DNA of 64,000 nucleotides, taken from the NCBI GenBank assembly GCA_965153285.1, contig OZ229112.1; one strand, given 5' to 3'. A program made the translations under genes and the position numbers. This DNA is from Podarcis tiliguerta (taxonomy: Eukaryota). The notes beneath the pieces were generated by a model. The model was given only the letters and a program-made list of their open reading frames with translations, did no database searches and was not told the origin of the DNA. Shown here piece after piece: positions 25,881 to 39,526 of the stretch; position 1 is the stretch's first letter, and the number at the start of each line of letters is the position of its first letter.

Positions 25881-27509
25881 CACAAATCCAGCATTTCTCC
25901 CATCCTCCAAATAATACCCATCCCCATTATGCAAGGTTCATTACAACTCTTCACCATTTTCCCACTGCTTGACATTCACCTCTAAGGTGACCTGCTGCTA
26001 CCCTAAGTTTCATCTTGAAAGAGCTGCCATCTAGGTAGCTTATGCTCTTCTAGGCTGTAGAAAACGCTGTGCACCTCACAAGGACAGAGACTGCAAACAA
26101 ACTAGGCAATTGTGGCTGGATCTCCTCTCCTATATACCCTCAGAGGGCAATTCCCACTCACGACATTTTGCAGTCTACTTTAGAAATAAAGCAATATTTC
26201 TACAAACATATTCTTTTAACCAAAGCATCTGAATAAAAATAGCTAATTATTTTGTGAAAAATTGTTTCCTACTATCCTCTACGGACCTTAGCAGCCTCCT
26301 CCCCATCTGCAATCCTAGGATAAATAGGCTGGCCTGCCTCGTTCCTGCAATGTTAAGGGTTTTTGAAGCTATGTGTGTAATCACTATATAAATCTTTATT
26401 CTCATCATGCAGTTCAGTTAACATGAAAGTATAGTCCTCTCCCACAACTTGTATCTAAGCCTGAAACATAGGAAGCAACCTATTCAGCATTGGGATATGT
26501 AGCTAAGTGTTTTTTAACTAGAAATATTAATATATAAAAGCAAGAATTTTTGCATATGGAAGGTGAGAAGTTCATACATAGCTTATTATGTGATCCTTGC
26601 ATCATCAGAGGTACATGGTGGTTTGGCACTATTTTGAAAATTCAAATAAAATCCTTTACTTACTTATAGACATGTATAATACAAGATGATAGAAAAGACC
26701 CAGGGGAGGGAATCAGAGGTGAAGCAACCTGCTCCGGTACTGGATCTGAGACCTTCTGCATGCAAAGCATGCCATTCCCAAAGGATGTGGGGAATCAGAA
26801 CTGGACACAAAATGTAGTGCAAACCAGTGCTACTCTAAGTAGTGGTCCGTGGACCGGCACCAGTCCGCAAGCTATTGGCTTCTGGTCCCTGGTGAATACA
26901 CCACAGCCTGGGTGGGATGTTTCAGGGACCAAATATGGTACTGATCCCTGGTACATTGGGGTGGGGTGAATTGCTGGTCCACAACATCAAATAGCTTGAG
27001 AAGCACTGGTGCAAACAACACATGCTAAACACAACAATAAGCACAGAGGTCCAAGCAAAAATTGCAAGCACGCAATTCAGACTGCACGTTATGTTAGCCT
27101 GATTACTGCTTCTTCCTTATAATGGACCCAGCCACAGGGTGGGGTGATCTATAGCAGAGGGGTGCTTAGCTACCCTTGCTGGTGCACCCTCATTTCATGC
27201 TTTGCTGTGTTTTGTAGAGTGCAAGGCTTTTGTTAGGGAAATAAACAAAAATCAGTGTGTGTGATGAATTCATTTAGAAGAAGAAGAAACAGTTGTGGTT
27301 TGGACAAAGTTGACAGAGTTGGGAATAAGTGTGTATGCCATGAGCAACTGAGGGAAATTATTGTAATAATGCATGTCTCTACGTCAGTAAGGAAGAAGAT
27401 ATTTGGTATAAACCGCTATTACAATGTCCTATTTAAGAGACACCGAGGAGCTGAAGACATTTAATGTACAGCATCAAACCCTCTTTTTGCTGGCAAAGTG
27501 ATAATTTGC

Positions 27510-27990
27510 TCCATCAACAGTAAATGAAACAGAATAGGAAGGTAAATTTAGGGAAGCCTGTTAAATGTACACAATAAAGTTGAGAAAGATAAGAAGCAAA
27601 CTTGTGATAAACAGTGAGAGAGTAGAGGACAGAGAGGAAGGAGAGACTGGAGAAGTCAATAAAACTGAGCCAAGGAGCAGGTGAATCATCACAGAGGTCA
27701 TCTTTAATAAATCCACAAACCATTCTTATAATCGGGAAGGCAATTTTGAACTAGATTGAAAACATAAAAGGAGTCGTGAAAACTGATGAAAGATGAGGGC
27801 GATATGGCTCAGCTTTATAGTGTGATAGACTAGTCAGACAGTTTTGAAAGCAAGATTTAAAAAGCCTGTTAAGAAGTGGAAATGCAGTAGTCAAAACAGG
27901 GGATTAATGCTTGGAGGCATTAAAGCCCAAGAGGACGGGGTGAAGAAAGGGCACATTCTAATAACGTTCTGATGAGGCTGAGCACCCACA
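27510..27990 (-). mobile_element. Ancient L2-like fragment
   Basis: Purine-rich decayed sequence with an FDYC remnant of the RLDYCNS motif. Confidence 0.4.
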
Positions 27991-29608
27991 AATAGAAATT
28001 CTGAATGAAAAACAGTACTGTGTATTTCGAAATTAGAAGCACAGACTTCTTACTTCTGTGAAGGTCCTGGTTACTAATTCTATGATGTTCTATAAAAGTT
28101 CCTTCCTCTCTAGCCGGTAACCTGATTAATCATTCAACTAGACTCTCTTCAGGGGATATTAGTGTTCTGTTTGGTAAAGATCCTCATTACTGTGATTTAT
28201 GTGTATGGTGTTAGTAGCTTGCTAACTTTTGCAAATGAGGGAGAGTCTTGTCTTTGAAGCTAAAGAAGTAGAGAGAAACAGGAGAGATCTTTAAAGAATG
28301 TTACAGTGGGTAGATTTGAGGGGGGGGGCAGGAGGGAGCCGAGGGGCCGCCCAGCACAGCTGAGACCTGACACACATGGTGGTGGCACCAGTCATAGTGC
28401 AAGAAACGTGTGGCGAGCCGTTCCAAGGCACCGAAAGGGGTGGGAAGCAAGAGGGTGCTCCACCCCATAAGAGGAAGGCCTGACCAGCTGCCTGCTCTCC
28501 ACGCGCAACCCACAGCCACCCAGGGGCCGTGCATGCTGCACACACTGCGCAATACCAGACCAGAAAAGGGAACCACCTCCCTCCCAGTCTTATGGCACCT
28601 TCGGGACTTCTGCAGCCCAGTTGTGCCTGGGCCAACAGCCCCTGCTGCCCGCCCCCCATGCTACGACTCTGATTATATTTTTGTGCCAAGCATTTTCTGA
28701 CTAGTTATAGTCTTGTCTACTGTATCTGTACATTGCACTTTGTTTAACGTGGTTTGGTTGAATTGTTTCATATTGATATTGTACACTACCATGATATTCT
28801 CTTTTGAAAGAAAAGTGGTATAAAAATATTTTAATAAAAATAATGATAAATTTGCACAGGACATGATAGAAATGACATACTTTTTTGGCAAGTGGTTACT
28901 TTTACTCTTGTTATTCAAGAGGTTATGTTGATATAAAAAGTAAGTGAGGGGAGAAATTTAAGGTGCCACACATAATACCCAGTCCACATTTGTAAGATCA
29001 ACCTTTTAGTGTTGCAGCACTGACACGTTGGAATTTCCATTCATGTTGACATCAGGAGATGCCATCACTGCACTCTTTTTGGTCACTGCTAAGAACATTT
29101 TTGTTTAAACAAGCCTATCCAGATATGCTTATTTGTACTTTTATCTGTTTTCAGTTTGTCGCTGATTTGAATTTCTTTACTTTTTTTAAATAGTTGCTTC
29201 TAACTGTGTGTACTGATAATTTTATTGTTTTATTCTTTTGTAAACTGCTTTGAGGTTTTTTACAGTCAAGCAGTGTATAAATTTTATGAAATAAATAAGA
29301 AAAAAGTGTACTATATAAGAAAACACGGTATTACTGAAATCTAATAGTGGCTCTGGGTGATTGTACTGATGGTATATCAATATATCCTTTGATTGTTCAT
29401 TCCTGATGGCTTGTGCTCCTGATACTATTAGGGCAATCATACATGATCCCGCTGTCAACAGCATTTGCACCAGCAAAGGTTATTTATTTATTTATTTAGA
29501 GCATTTGTGCTCTTTGTCCAAAAAGTCTCCCAGAGCAGCTTACATACAACAAAAACAAGACAGTACCTACCCGCAGGCTTGGGGGAAGGGGGGAAAGCAA
29601 GTGGAAAG

Positions 29609-29857
29609 TAGGGTTGCCATATGTCCAGATTTCCCCAGACATTAGCGGGATTTCAAAGGCGGCATTGACATCCAGGGGAATTTCCGAAAGGCGGAGCTTT
29701 GTCTTGGATCTTAGGCCAATCAATTGAAAAATCATGCGGGTTTTCCAAAAAAACAACAACAAAACAACTCAACAATTTTGGGGTTTTCCTTAAAAAACAA
29801 CCACTCAACAACTTTCAGGGTGTCCTGGTTTTTACTTTTTGAAACATGGCAACCCCA
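29609..29857. mobile_element. hAT-type MITE with TAGGGTTGCCAT termini
   Basis: TIRs TAGGGTTGCCAT / ATGGCAACCCCA. 8-bp TSD GTGGAAAG / GGGGAAAG with one mismatch. Confidence 0.8.
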
Positions 29858-29877
29858 GGGGAAAGGGACAGGGAACA

Positions 29878-30755
29878 GAATTTGCAGATGACACCAAACT
29901 GGGAGGGGTGGCTAACACCCCAGAGGACAGGATCACACTTCAAAACGACCTTGACAGATTAGAGAACTGGGCAAAAAGAAACAAGATGAATTTTAACAGG
30001 GAGAAATGTAAAGTATTGCACTTGGGCAAAAAAAATGAGAGGCACAAATACAAGATGGGTGACACCTGGCTTGAGAGCAGTACATGTGAAAAGGATCTAG
30101 GAGTCTTGGTTGACCACAAACTTGACATGAGCCAACAGTGTGACGCGGCAGCTTAAAAAGCCAATGCAATTCTGGGCTGCATCAATAGGAGTATAGCATC
30201 TAGATCAAGGGAAGTAATAGTGCCACTGTATTCTGCTCTGGTCAGACCTCACCTGGAGTACTGTGTCCAGTTCTGGGCACCACAGTTCAAGAAGGACACT
30301 GACAAACTGGAACGTGTCCAGAGGAGGGCAACCAAAATGGTCAAAGGCCCGGAAACGATGCCTTATGAGGAACGGCTAAGGGAGCTGGGCATGTTTAGCC
30401 TGGAGAAGAGGAGGTTAAGGGGTGATATGATAGCCATGTTCAAATATATACAAGGATGTCACATAGAAGAGGGAGAAAGGTTGTTTTCTGCTGCTCCAGA
30501 GAAGCGGACACGGAGCAATGGATCCAAACTAGAAGAAAGAAGATTCCACCTAAACATTAGGAAGAACTTCCTGACAGTAAGAGCTGTTCGACAGTGGAAT
30601 TTGCTGCCAAGGAGTCTGGTGGAGTCTCCTTCTTTGGAGGTCTTTAAGCAGAGGCTTGACAACCATATGTCAGGAGTGCTCTGATGGTGTTTCCTGCTTG
30701 GCAGGGGATTGGACTCGATGGCCCTTGTGGTCTCTTCCAACTCTATGATTCTATG
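29878..30755 (+). mobile_element. 5'-truncated young CR1 LINE (ORF2 C-terminus plus 3'UTR)
   Basis: FADDTKLGG...LQNDLDRL...[15 protein letters not shown]...LEKRRLRGD in a single frame with one premature TAA (30154-30156). Ends in an (ATTCTATG)n tail. Confidence 0.95.
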
Positions 30756-32602
30756 AGAAGAGGAAAATCAAAATTCAGGCACCCCATTTCAAATACAACC
30801 AACCTCTTTCAATCAGTTGCTTTTGATAACTTATACAACATTTTTGCGTGTTAAGAAAGCCCAAGCTTAATGGGTTTTTCCTCCTCTATAAATGCACAGT
30901 CCATCACATAAGAAAAAATGAGAATCTGTGCCAAGGTAATGGTTATTACCTGTCCCATCCTCTCACAGAAAGTAAAATCTTCAACCATTCATGGTGTCTA
31001 CCTCCCCTTTCCTTTACAATATTTCTATTCAGAATGTATAGTATGTGGTTAAGGTTTCAGTCTGGACTACTAGAAAAGATTTGGATTCTGTTTGCAGAAG
31101 CATAAAGCCAGCTTCTGATGAGGTGGTGAAGCTGTTGGTAAGGGTAACAACATAATGGCATATTCCCACATGAAAAACTAGCATGCAATGAAGGATAGGC
31201 TTTTGATCTCAGGTTCCTTCCCTATGTACACAACATTTATTGTACAAAGGAGCATTCAACCACGCAAGACCCTACCTGCTTATGAAATAGTGTAAACCAG
31301 AAACAGATTTACCACATTTTCCTGCTGTTTGTGAGAACTAGACCACTGTGGTGCTGTATACTGTACATCAGAAAACACAAATATAAAAATGGCCTTTAAC
31401 TAAAAGAAAATGCACATAAGAGGAGGGTGCTTATAGGATTTTGCATGGTGCTCAGGTGCACATTGATGTAGCAAAACTACCTAAGACGCTGACAGAGCAA
31501 GTGAACCTGAGAAGAAACCAGCATCTGCGCACTAAAGGAGATTAGGAGACATTTATTTGTACTGAAGGTTAATTAAGATGAGGAACAGATTACTAAAAAC
31601 AGAAACAGAAGATGCAGCTGTGAGTCTGCTGAAAGAGAATGTTGGTATAAGTTTTCAGTATCAGAATGGAAACACTGCAGAATGAGATCTATATTACTTT
31701 GATGGTCCTGATTATTTTCCCGTTAAAATGCCTGTGACACTGCATTTTATTTCTTGTTTAATATCTGGAGGACTAAATAGGATGTTGATGTGATTTACGG
31801 ATGGTGCTAAATTGAGAAGTGTTGCAAACAAATACCAATTACTTAGTGGTGAGAGAATAGGATGAGCCCTGGATTGGTTAGGAAGTAATGGAGTGAACTC
31901 CAAACAGTGTGATCCTCAGCACTTTTACTGAGAATCATAGCATGTTGACTGGGGACTACCTTGTTATTTAATGCTGAAGCCAAAATGAGTAAAGAAAAGG
32001 GGGGGGGGAGATTTAATAACAAAACCAGTCTCTTTATTTCCAAGCAGGAATGTGTGGAGTGTTAGGGAAGGGGAAGTACTTCTGGTGGGGAATAGGTCAT
32101 GCTACTTCTGGAGTAGTTTATCCACCCTGCACTCAGCTCTCACCTGTGGCTCCTGGAAGCTGTCAGTATGCAACAGTGGCAACACCGCAGAAATTACTTT
32201 GTCTGGCTAAACCAGGTGAGGGTAGCCAATGGGTCTTAAACCCTCCACGCTACTGGTCCAGAACATCACTACATTTACACACATGCTCTTGAAGTCACCA
32301 TCTCTAGCCTGAGATGACTGAGCCAGCAGCATTCAGAGACTCACAACAACATCTGAGTGATCCTAGCAGGGTTGTAGCCCCATACTTTGGGAAATCCTGA
32401 ACCTTTCTTTTTTTTAAAAAAGAAGTCTCTTATAAACAAGTTGTTTTTGTGCTGTCCCCACCCCTTACTTTTGGGCATGTGAAAATATAGAAAGCAGAAT
32501 TCATGAAAATTGCTGATTCATAGGGCTAATTAACAATAATTAATGTAAATGTGACCAATATTCTAACAAGATGTTTATCCCTATATGTTTATGTGCCTGA
32601 AG

Positions 32603-32723
32603 AAGCATTTTTCAAACGGAGCTATAGCTGAAGAAACAAGAACTGTTCTCCTGTGTGATGGCAAGGTTCATCTGAATTTAGTCCAACGACTTTTTGATCT
32701 GCCTATTGTTGAAATGAAACATG
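32603..32723 (+). CDS. WDCP: WDCP paralogue A, middle coding exon (K)HFSNGAIAEETRTVLLCDGKVHLNLVQRLFDLPIVEMKH-G
   Basis: Homologous to the copy B middle exon. Donor ATG|GTAAGT. Tandem AAG/AAG acceptor, so the start is 32603 or 32606. Confidence 0.92.
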
Positions 32724-34794
32724 GTAAGTTCTCTATTACTATAATAATAATAATTTTATTATTTATACCCCACCCGACTGGGTTGCCCCAGCCAGTCTCT
32801 CTCTCTCTCTTTTAAAAAATGCAAGTGTTTATTATAGTAGGTAGTACTTTTGGGGAACATAAGTTGTGCTATTAAGGGATTGTTTACATGTACATCCTCC
32901 AATGTGATGGAAGTTTAACTGAGTTCTATTCCCTTTCCTGGCAAGCTTATTCTCCTGAGTGCATCTCAACACTTGCCTGACACTGATCAAGCCCTACTCA
33001 GTTGGTTCACAGGTATCATGACCTATATCTACAATAGATGGTCAGTTTAATCCTCATGCTTTTTCAGCAGAATGTTGTTTCTACCATTGATAGGGACCTT
33101 CTTGTTTTGTCTCAATGTCTGTCCTTAGTCATATATTAGTTGACTATGTCCAGAAATATGCTACATATTAGTAGGCTTCCCTTCTTGCAGCAGAGCACCC
33201 AATCAAGCTACTAATTCTCACCTGGGTCTAATGTCATGTAGCATAAATGGGGAAGTTGAATATTTAGCATGATTGTTCAGCAATCCCATAACCAAAGCAG
33301 GCTGGTTGCTGCCTTTGCTTACTGGATTAAGTAAGTCGAAAAACAAAACTTATAGGAAAGATTTCCTAACAGGTTTGCTGACAATTGAATGCCTTTCTCT
33401 ATCAGAGACAGACACCATAAACTCAGTGATACTTAACAGGTGTATCAAATTGTTATGCTCTGGATTAGTTTAATCTACGCTGAGAACAGAAGGAGCTCAC
33501 CAACATAATCTTCCAAACTCCCACCTTTGATTTACTTGTGAAGGTAGGGAGCAGTCAGGAAAGAAAAGATCTTTATACACAGCTTCTTTGTTCATGCCTC
33601 TATGTATTCAATGATTTAACAACTTCAGCCGCAGCTCAACCATTTTCAGCCTATAATGTTTTCTGCAAGTAGCTTTACCATATACTGTAAATATATACAC
33701 AATATATTGAGGACACAGGGATTGTCCACACTTTTGCTTGTTCCATACCTAGAATGGGTCTGAGCGGTTTTCTACTTGCCCCATGCTTTCTAGCACGGGT
33801 CCAAGCAGTTTTGCCTTTGCACCACCACTTTCCCCCAGAAAACCCACTGTTTAGCATTAAATTGGAACAAATGGCAATTCACAGATAAATTTATAGCTGT
33901 TTGTTCCAAATCAGCACTAAAGATCGCGAAAGAGGTGGGGCAAATGGAGGTGTGGAAAACCCATGAGCACAGCGGGGGGGGGGCAGCTGCTCCCCAATCA
34001 AGTAAATAAATAAGAATACTTGACTGACCAACTGTGTCGCAAATAACTCAGTCCTGCACCCCCCTAAAATAAATCCTGGCTATGCCAATGGATAACCCCC
34101 AAGAGAGAAAAGACAGAAAGAGGAGAAAGTGTAACTAAATGGTAGGGCATATATGAAGAGGTTCACATCACTAGTTTTTGCTACATCCTTTATTTATTTA
34201 GTGTACTCAAGAGATACAGTAAAATTACCCACTCTCAGAGGAACCTGCCCTTTCTGTCTTGGAATGAGTAGTTGCTCTTGGCTTACCTCCAATGAAGTCA
34301 CGAAGCATCATGCTTACAATAGTAATAAGCATTGGACAAAAACATTCTCTCAGGCGTTTGGCTAATTATACAACCTATGTGGCCTTTTAAACTGTGTGTG
34401 GGTTTTTTGTTTTGTTTGTTACTATGTTATGTATTTTCGTGTTTTTATATCACAAACCAACCTGCGATCCTCAATGGGCAGTATAGAAATCTAATTAATA
34501 ATAATAATAATAACTTGAAGGGAAACATAGGGGCAGACACTTTTAAGATTAGGTAACTTTTGAGTGTTTTCATAGCTTTGCTTTTTGAATGCAAGTGAGA
34601 GTCCAACTTTAATTAAGAAAAAATGTATATCTTTAGGACACACTGCCACAGTCCCATACAAAACACAATGTGAAGTTGAACACATTGCTTTGAATGTAGA
34701 ATTTTAATTCATTAAGGAAAACTGTTCTTTCCTCCTTTTTAAAGAGTTATGTGAGCACTTAATCACCCATACTTTCATATACTATGGCTTAGAT

Positions 34795-34932
34795 CAGGCA
34801 TAGGCAAACTCAGCCCTCCAGATGTTTTAGGACTACAACTCCCACCATCCCTAGTGGTCAGGGATGATGTGGTCAGGGATGATGGGAGTTGTAGTCCCAA
34901 AACATCTGGAGGGCCGAGTTTGCCTATGCCTG
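34795..34932. mobile_element. Palindromic hAT (Charlie-like) MITE; relatives at ~3905-4040 and ~47030-47150
   Basis: Near-perfect hairpin with CAGGCATAGGCAAACTC TIRs. 8-bp TSD GCTTAGAT. Confidence 0.9.
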
Positions 34933-37089
34933 GCTTAGATATTAAGATTAACTTTCATTCAACTTTCTTTAGGTTTTCCATTCCATACTCCTCCATGCTA
35001 CCTTCTGTACCCCATAACAAGACTCTCTGAAGGAGAAGGGTTGTTCTTAACAATGCTGAGAGTGGCAGGGTTGCTGGAGGAGTGGAATTGCCCCAAACTG
35101 GGCAAAAACTGGTAAAAGCCACAGTTGTCCAACTCGGACAACTATTAAATCTAACTCTTTAGTTATACTCTGAAATAAAAAATAATTATTGATATTATAT
35201 TCTTATTAGGCCAACCATGTTTAGAAATTACTAAAGCTTTTTAACCCTTCAGTCATATCCTCACCTATCCAGATACTGTATACTTCAATTTATAATCTAG
35301 ATTTGTTAAATGTTTTCTCCCTGCTAAAAGAATTCTGTACATACCAACTCAGAAGCCAGCTGTACTCAGTTCAATAGGACTTACTCCCAGGAAAAGGTAT
35401 ATAGGTTTGCAGCCTTTGTTTTTCTCTAGTACCGTAAGTTTAGAAAAACACGGTTTACTCTCAAGTAAGTTGAGTGCATTGCAGGCATAATAACATTTAT
35501 CTGTACCCAATGCAGAGTGTTAAATAAACTATTTTGGAAGTAACCCCCCCCCCATGTTTTACATATAAGGTTAGCGATGTAATTGCGTAGGTTTACATGA
35601 CACACACAAACACCCAAGCACAGGGTAGTTTATAGAATCAAAAGTCTGTCCAGAATTAGAAAGAAAGCATTAACTGCAAAAGATTAAAAGTTCATGCTTG
35701 GTAACGGTAATCTTCTTATGACGCGACAGACAACACGAAACAGCAAAGCAACATGTGTAGGTGTTTAATTAATAGATTTAATGAAAAGAACTTTCTGTAC
35801 TTTCAGATACAGTATTATAAGGAAACAACACATTTGTTTTGCTTTAATTGGTCAAATTGGAGTGCACAGTTTATTATTTCCCACCAAACCTTATTGGGTA
35901 CGAGATACCATCATCTATAAAAGGTAGCTGTTCTGTTTATAGGCATGCACATTAAAAGCACACACACACCTGCTCTTGGTAGAAATTAAAGCTAATGAAG
36001 TTCTAAAACACAAATGTCTTAGCTCCTTTGTTTTAAATTCAGAAATTAACTTGAACTGTGAATTGGATAGATTTGACCCATGAATACAGCAGATCAATTG
36101 GCTTGGTTTGCATGTTATGGTAAGCCATGGTCTGACACAAACAATGTCTTAGGGCTCGCCCACACTTCTGCTTGTCCTGCCACTTTCCTCTGGGAAACCC
36201 ACTCTCTACAGCTGAATCAGAGCAAACGTCAATAGGGTTTTCCATGGATTGACATTTGCTCCGATTCAGTGGTAAAGGGCAGGTTTTCTCAGGGAAAGCA
36301 GTGAGGCAAATGGAAAGCCGTGCACAGAAAGCACAGGACAAGCAGAAAATTTCTCTGGCCCTTGCTTTTTAGGAGTGGGACAAGCAAAGTGTAGACGAGC
36401 CCTTATTACCGTGACAATGTGCTGGTGCAAACACTTCACTTTTTGCCCACTCAGGTGCTCCCTTTGCAAAGCCAGGAGTACATAAATAACAGCAATACCC
36501 TAGGATTACATGCAAAGCAGAACTCATTGTTTGTTTATCTCCAAACAAACCACAGGTGGCAGCCAAAGTTTGTTCTTGAATTACCTGTACATAATCATGA
36601 TTTCACATGCAGAAGTTTCTCTAAACACAACTTGACTTCACTTGCATGTTCCTGCATGAGAAAAAATTCTACATGCCAAAGAGGTTTCTGAGAGTTTAAC
36701 TTGAGAAAGTGTACAAGGAGCCTTTGAATAGACTTATGAGTTCAATCTACCCCGCACGCACACACCAATTCTCCATGCAAAGCTAGTGGAACAAAGAGGG
36801 TAAACTATACATGTTCAATATTTTTACTAGGAAATCATCCTTGAATGTTAAATTTTTTAGTTAATCCTAGAAAAGTCTTGATATGTGAGTTGAAATCATG
36901 GTAAATAAAAAACATAATAAACTGGTGCTTCATTGTCAGTTTTCCCCAGGCCCTTGGTGTACACATTTTCCAGTTATGAGGTTTGGTTGTTCCTTCTCCT
37001 GGCCCCTTCCCCATTACCATGCCAGAGCTAGTGGAGCCAAATGAAAATACCAAAAAGGAAAGAAAATTACTGATAAATGGTTTGTCCAT

Positions 37090-37153
37090 CTTGGTTCAAA
37101 ACCTACATCAGCATGGTAACCCTTGGTTCAAAACCTACATCAGCATGGTAACC
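37090..37153. repeat. Perfect 32-bp tandem duplication
   Basis: CTTGGTTCAAAACCTACATCAGCATGGTAACC x2. Confidence 0.95.
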
Positions 37154-37317
37154 CATTAAGCTTTGCAACACTGTAGGAAGAAGAACTTATGAAAAAGACA
37201 TAAACAAAGAATGAATTTAGGGTGAATGCTAACATTTACGTAGGCAACTGCATTCCCAACATAATAACGATTATACATATACACACACACTGATGCTTTG
37301 CTTTCCTTTTCCTCTAG

Positions 37318-37484
37318 GTTCTTCTTGGATTGTTCTTACTGCAGATGGTGAAGGTTTTATCCCATTAACATTTAAGGCAAAGCAAGAGATCATCATAAGG
37401 GAGGGGAGTGATAGTTTGGAAGCCTGTGGAAGTCACTCCTTCAAAAGAAACATTTCTTCGCAACCACCGAGCAGCGTGACATAA
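37318..37484 (+). CDS. WDCP: WDCP paralogue A, last coding exon (G)[29 protein letters not shown]...SSVT*
   Basis: Strong polypyrimidine tract plus TAG acceptor, phase 1 compatible. Contains the conserved [16 protein letters not shown] motif and ends in TAA. Confidence 0.93.
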
Positions 37485-38117
37485 CGAGGCAAACCAAAAA
37501 AAGATGTTCTTCAACATAAATAACTGCATGAGTAGAAAATGATCAGCAGGATTTTTGACTGCATTTTAAACTATAACTCATGTGGCTTGTGTTCCATGGT
37601 AGCTAGTCCTCCTCACAGTAATCTACTGGATCAGATCTAGTATGTTATGTCTGTATCCTCTGAGGCTACAGACTGAGATTCCTGGCACTGAAAAAGAGAA
37701 TACTGAACTAAAAGTAATGTCACGACAATGGGTAAATATTGCCATATTCAGATTTGGTATATATTCTGTGCATGAAAATGAAGTTCATGTTTGCTAAAGA
37801 AAGGCTAAATTTGGTAAGCTGACTAACTTGCCCTAAGGATTCTGGGGGTGTGAAAAACATGCATTAGTTTGGAGTCTGTACAATGCCAAGATGCTGGTGC
37901 AGAATGGTTTGGTCTGTTTTAATTTTTCATGTGGCAAAGCTTCTCCCTAGATTATACTAAAGAACACCAAGAAACAACAAAGCGAAAAAGAAAAAAATAC
38001 AATTGTGTGGTTACTAACTTCCAATGAGTACAACTCATTCACAGGAAATGCCCATTGGCAGAAATAAATGGAAGCAGATTTCACCAATATCCCCTTCCCA
38101 CAGCAGCCTCCTGTGCC

Positions 38118-38275
38118 CTCTGTGGTGTAGTGGCTAGAGCGCTGGACTAGGACCTAGGAAAACCAGGGATCAAATATCCACTTAGCCATGAACCTAGCTG
38201 GTTGCCCTTGAACCAGTCACTGTTTCTGACCTACAAGAAACACGAGCACCTTTGAGGAAAGGTGGGATATAATGG
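38118..38275 (+). mobile_element. MIR/SINE2-like element downstream of WDCP copy A
   Basis: GTGGTGTAGTGGCTAGAGCGCTGGACTAGGAC..CCAGGGATCAAAT..CAC..AGCCATG..CCTTG..CCAGTCAC. Confidence 0.65.
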
Positions 38276-39169
38276 TAACATTAAAAAATTGTGGGACCTT
38301 CTGACATACAGGTAGCAATTTGGGCTGCAGAGGAAAAGGAGAACTGGCAAAAAAAATCACCTCCCCCTTTGGCCTGTTAGTTCTGCTCTAGGCAGCTCTA
38401 GATCCAGTCCATATGTGTTTATTTTGCCACAAATGCAGTGAGATTGAAACATGCGCATTTATTATACATGACATAACAAAATATATGTGTTCTACCTTTT
38501 CCCTACATGAAACTGAATTATGAAGCAATTATTAGACTGTACAGTGTTAATTAATTAATTACTTTTTTACACAATGCATAATGGTTTCTGTAAACCTTTT
38601 CCTTATTCCTGACAACCGCATTCATACAGTCTACACATACGATGAAATTCATATGGCAGAATATAAATTGTTGCTGAGAATCCCCTTCCAGTTGTTATTC
38701 TAGCATTTCAAGTTTCTCCCATACGTAAGACTAACTGGCCTATATTTCCACTCTGTCTATGAGCCAAACTGAATGTGACATGGAAGATCTCCTTTGATAC
38801 TTGTATGCTTTTCCACATGAGACAAATCAACGCTTTGAGTGATTTAAATTAGGAAAATGATGTGTGGAGAAGGATTAAAAAGTAAAACCCTTCTCCTAGC
38901 ACCATGACCACTGTCCAAACTGGGGCGAGGATGGGATTTACTGCTTTTAATTAGGAAAAAAGATGGAATATCTTATTATCATCTCTCTTACATTGCATCT
39001 AGTTTGGCTCTTAGTCTAAACTAATATCCCCCCCCCCAACAGATGGGGGGGAAATATTTTCTCCAGAGTTCAGTACAAAGGTATGCTTACATTACAAGCT
39101 TAAATTGGTTTCAGTGACATAGCTTCCCACCCCAGAACATTGGAAATTGTAGTTCTGTATTGCTGTGAA

Positions 39170-39526
39170 GGGACGCGGGTGGCGCTGTGGGTAAAACCTC
39201 AGAGCCTAGGACTTGCCGATCGTATGGTCGGCGGTTCGAATCCCCGCAGCGGGGTGAGCTCCCGTCTTTCAGTCCCAGCTCCTGCCCACCTAGCAGTTCG
39301 AAAGCACGTCAAAGTGCAAGTAGATAAATAGGTACCGCTTTATAGCGGGAAGGTAAACAGCGTTTCCATGTGCTGGCTCGCTAGAGCAGCTTTGTCACGC
39401 TGGCCACGTGACCCGGAAGTGTCTCCGGACAGCGCTGGCCCCCGGCCTCTTAAGCGAGATGGGCGTGCAACCCTAGAATCGGACACGACTGGCCCGTACG
39501 GGCAGGGGTACCTTTACCTTTACCTT
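39170..39526 (+). mobile_element. Sauria SINE, full length
   Basis: A/B-box head and (ACCTTT)n tail. TSD TATTGCTGTGAAGG at 39158-39171 and 39527-39540. Confidence 0.93.
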
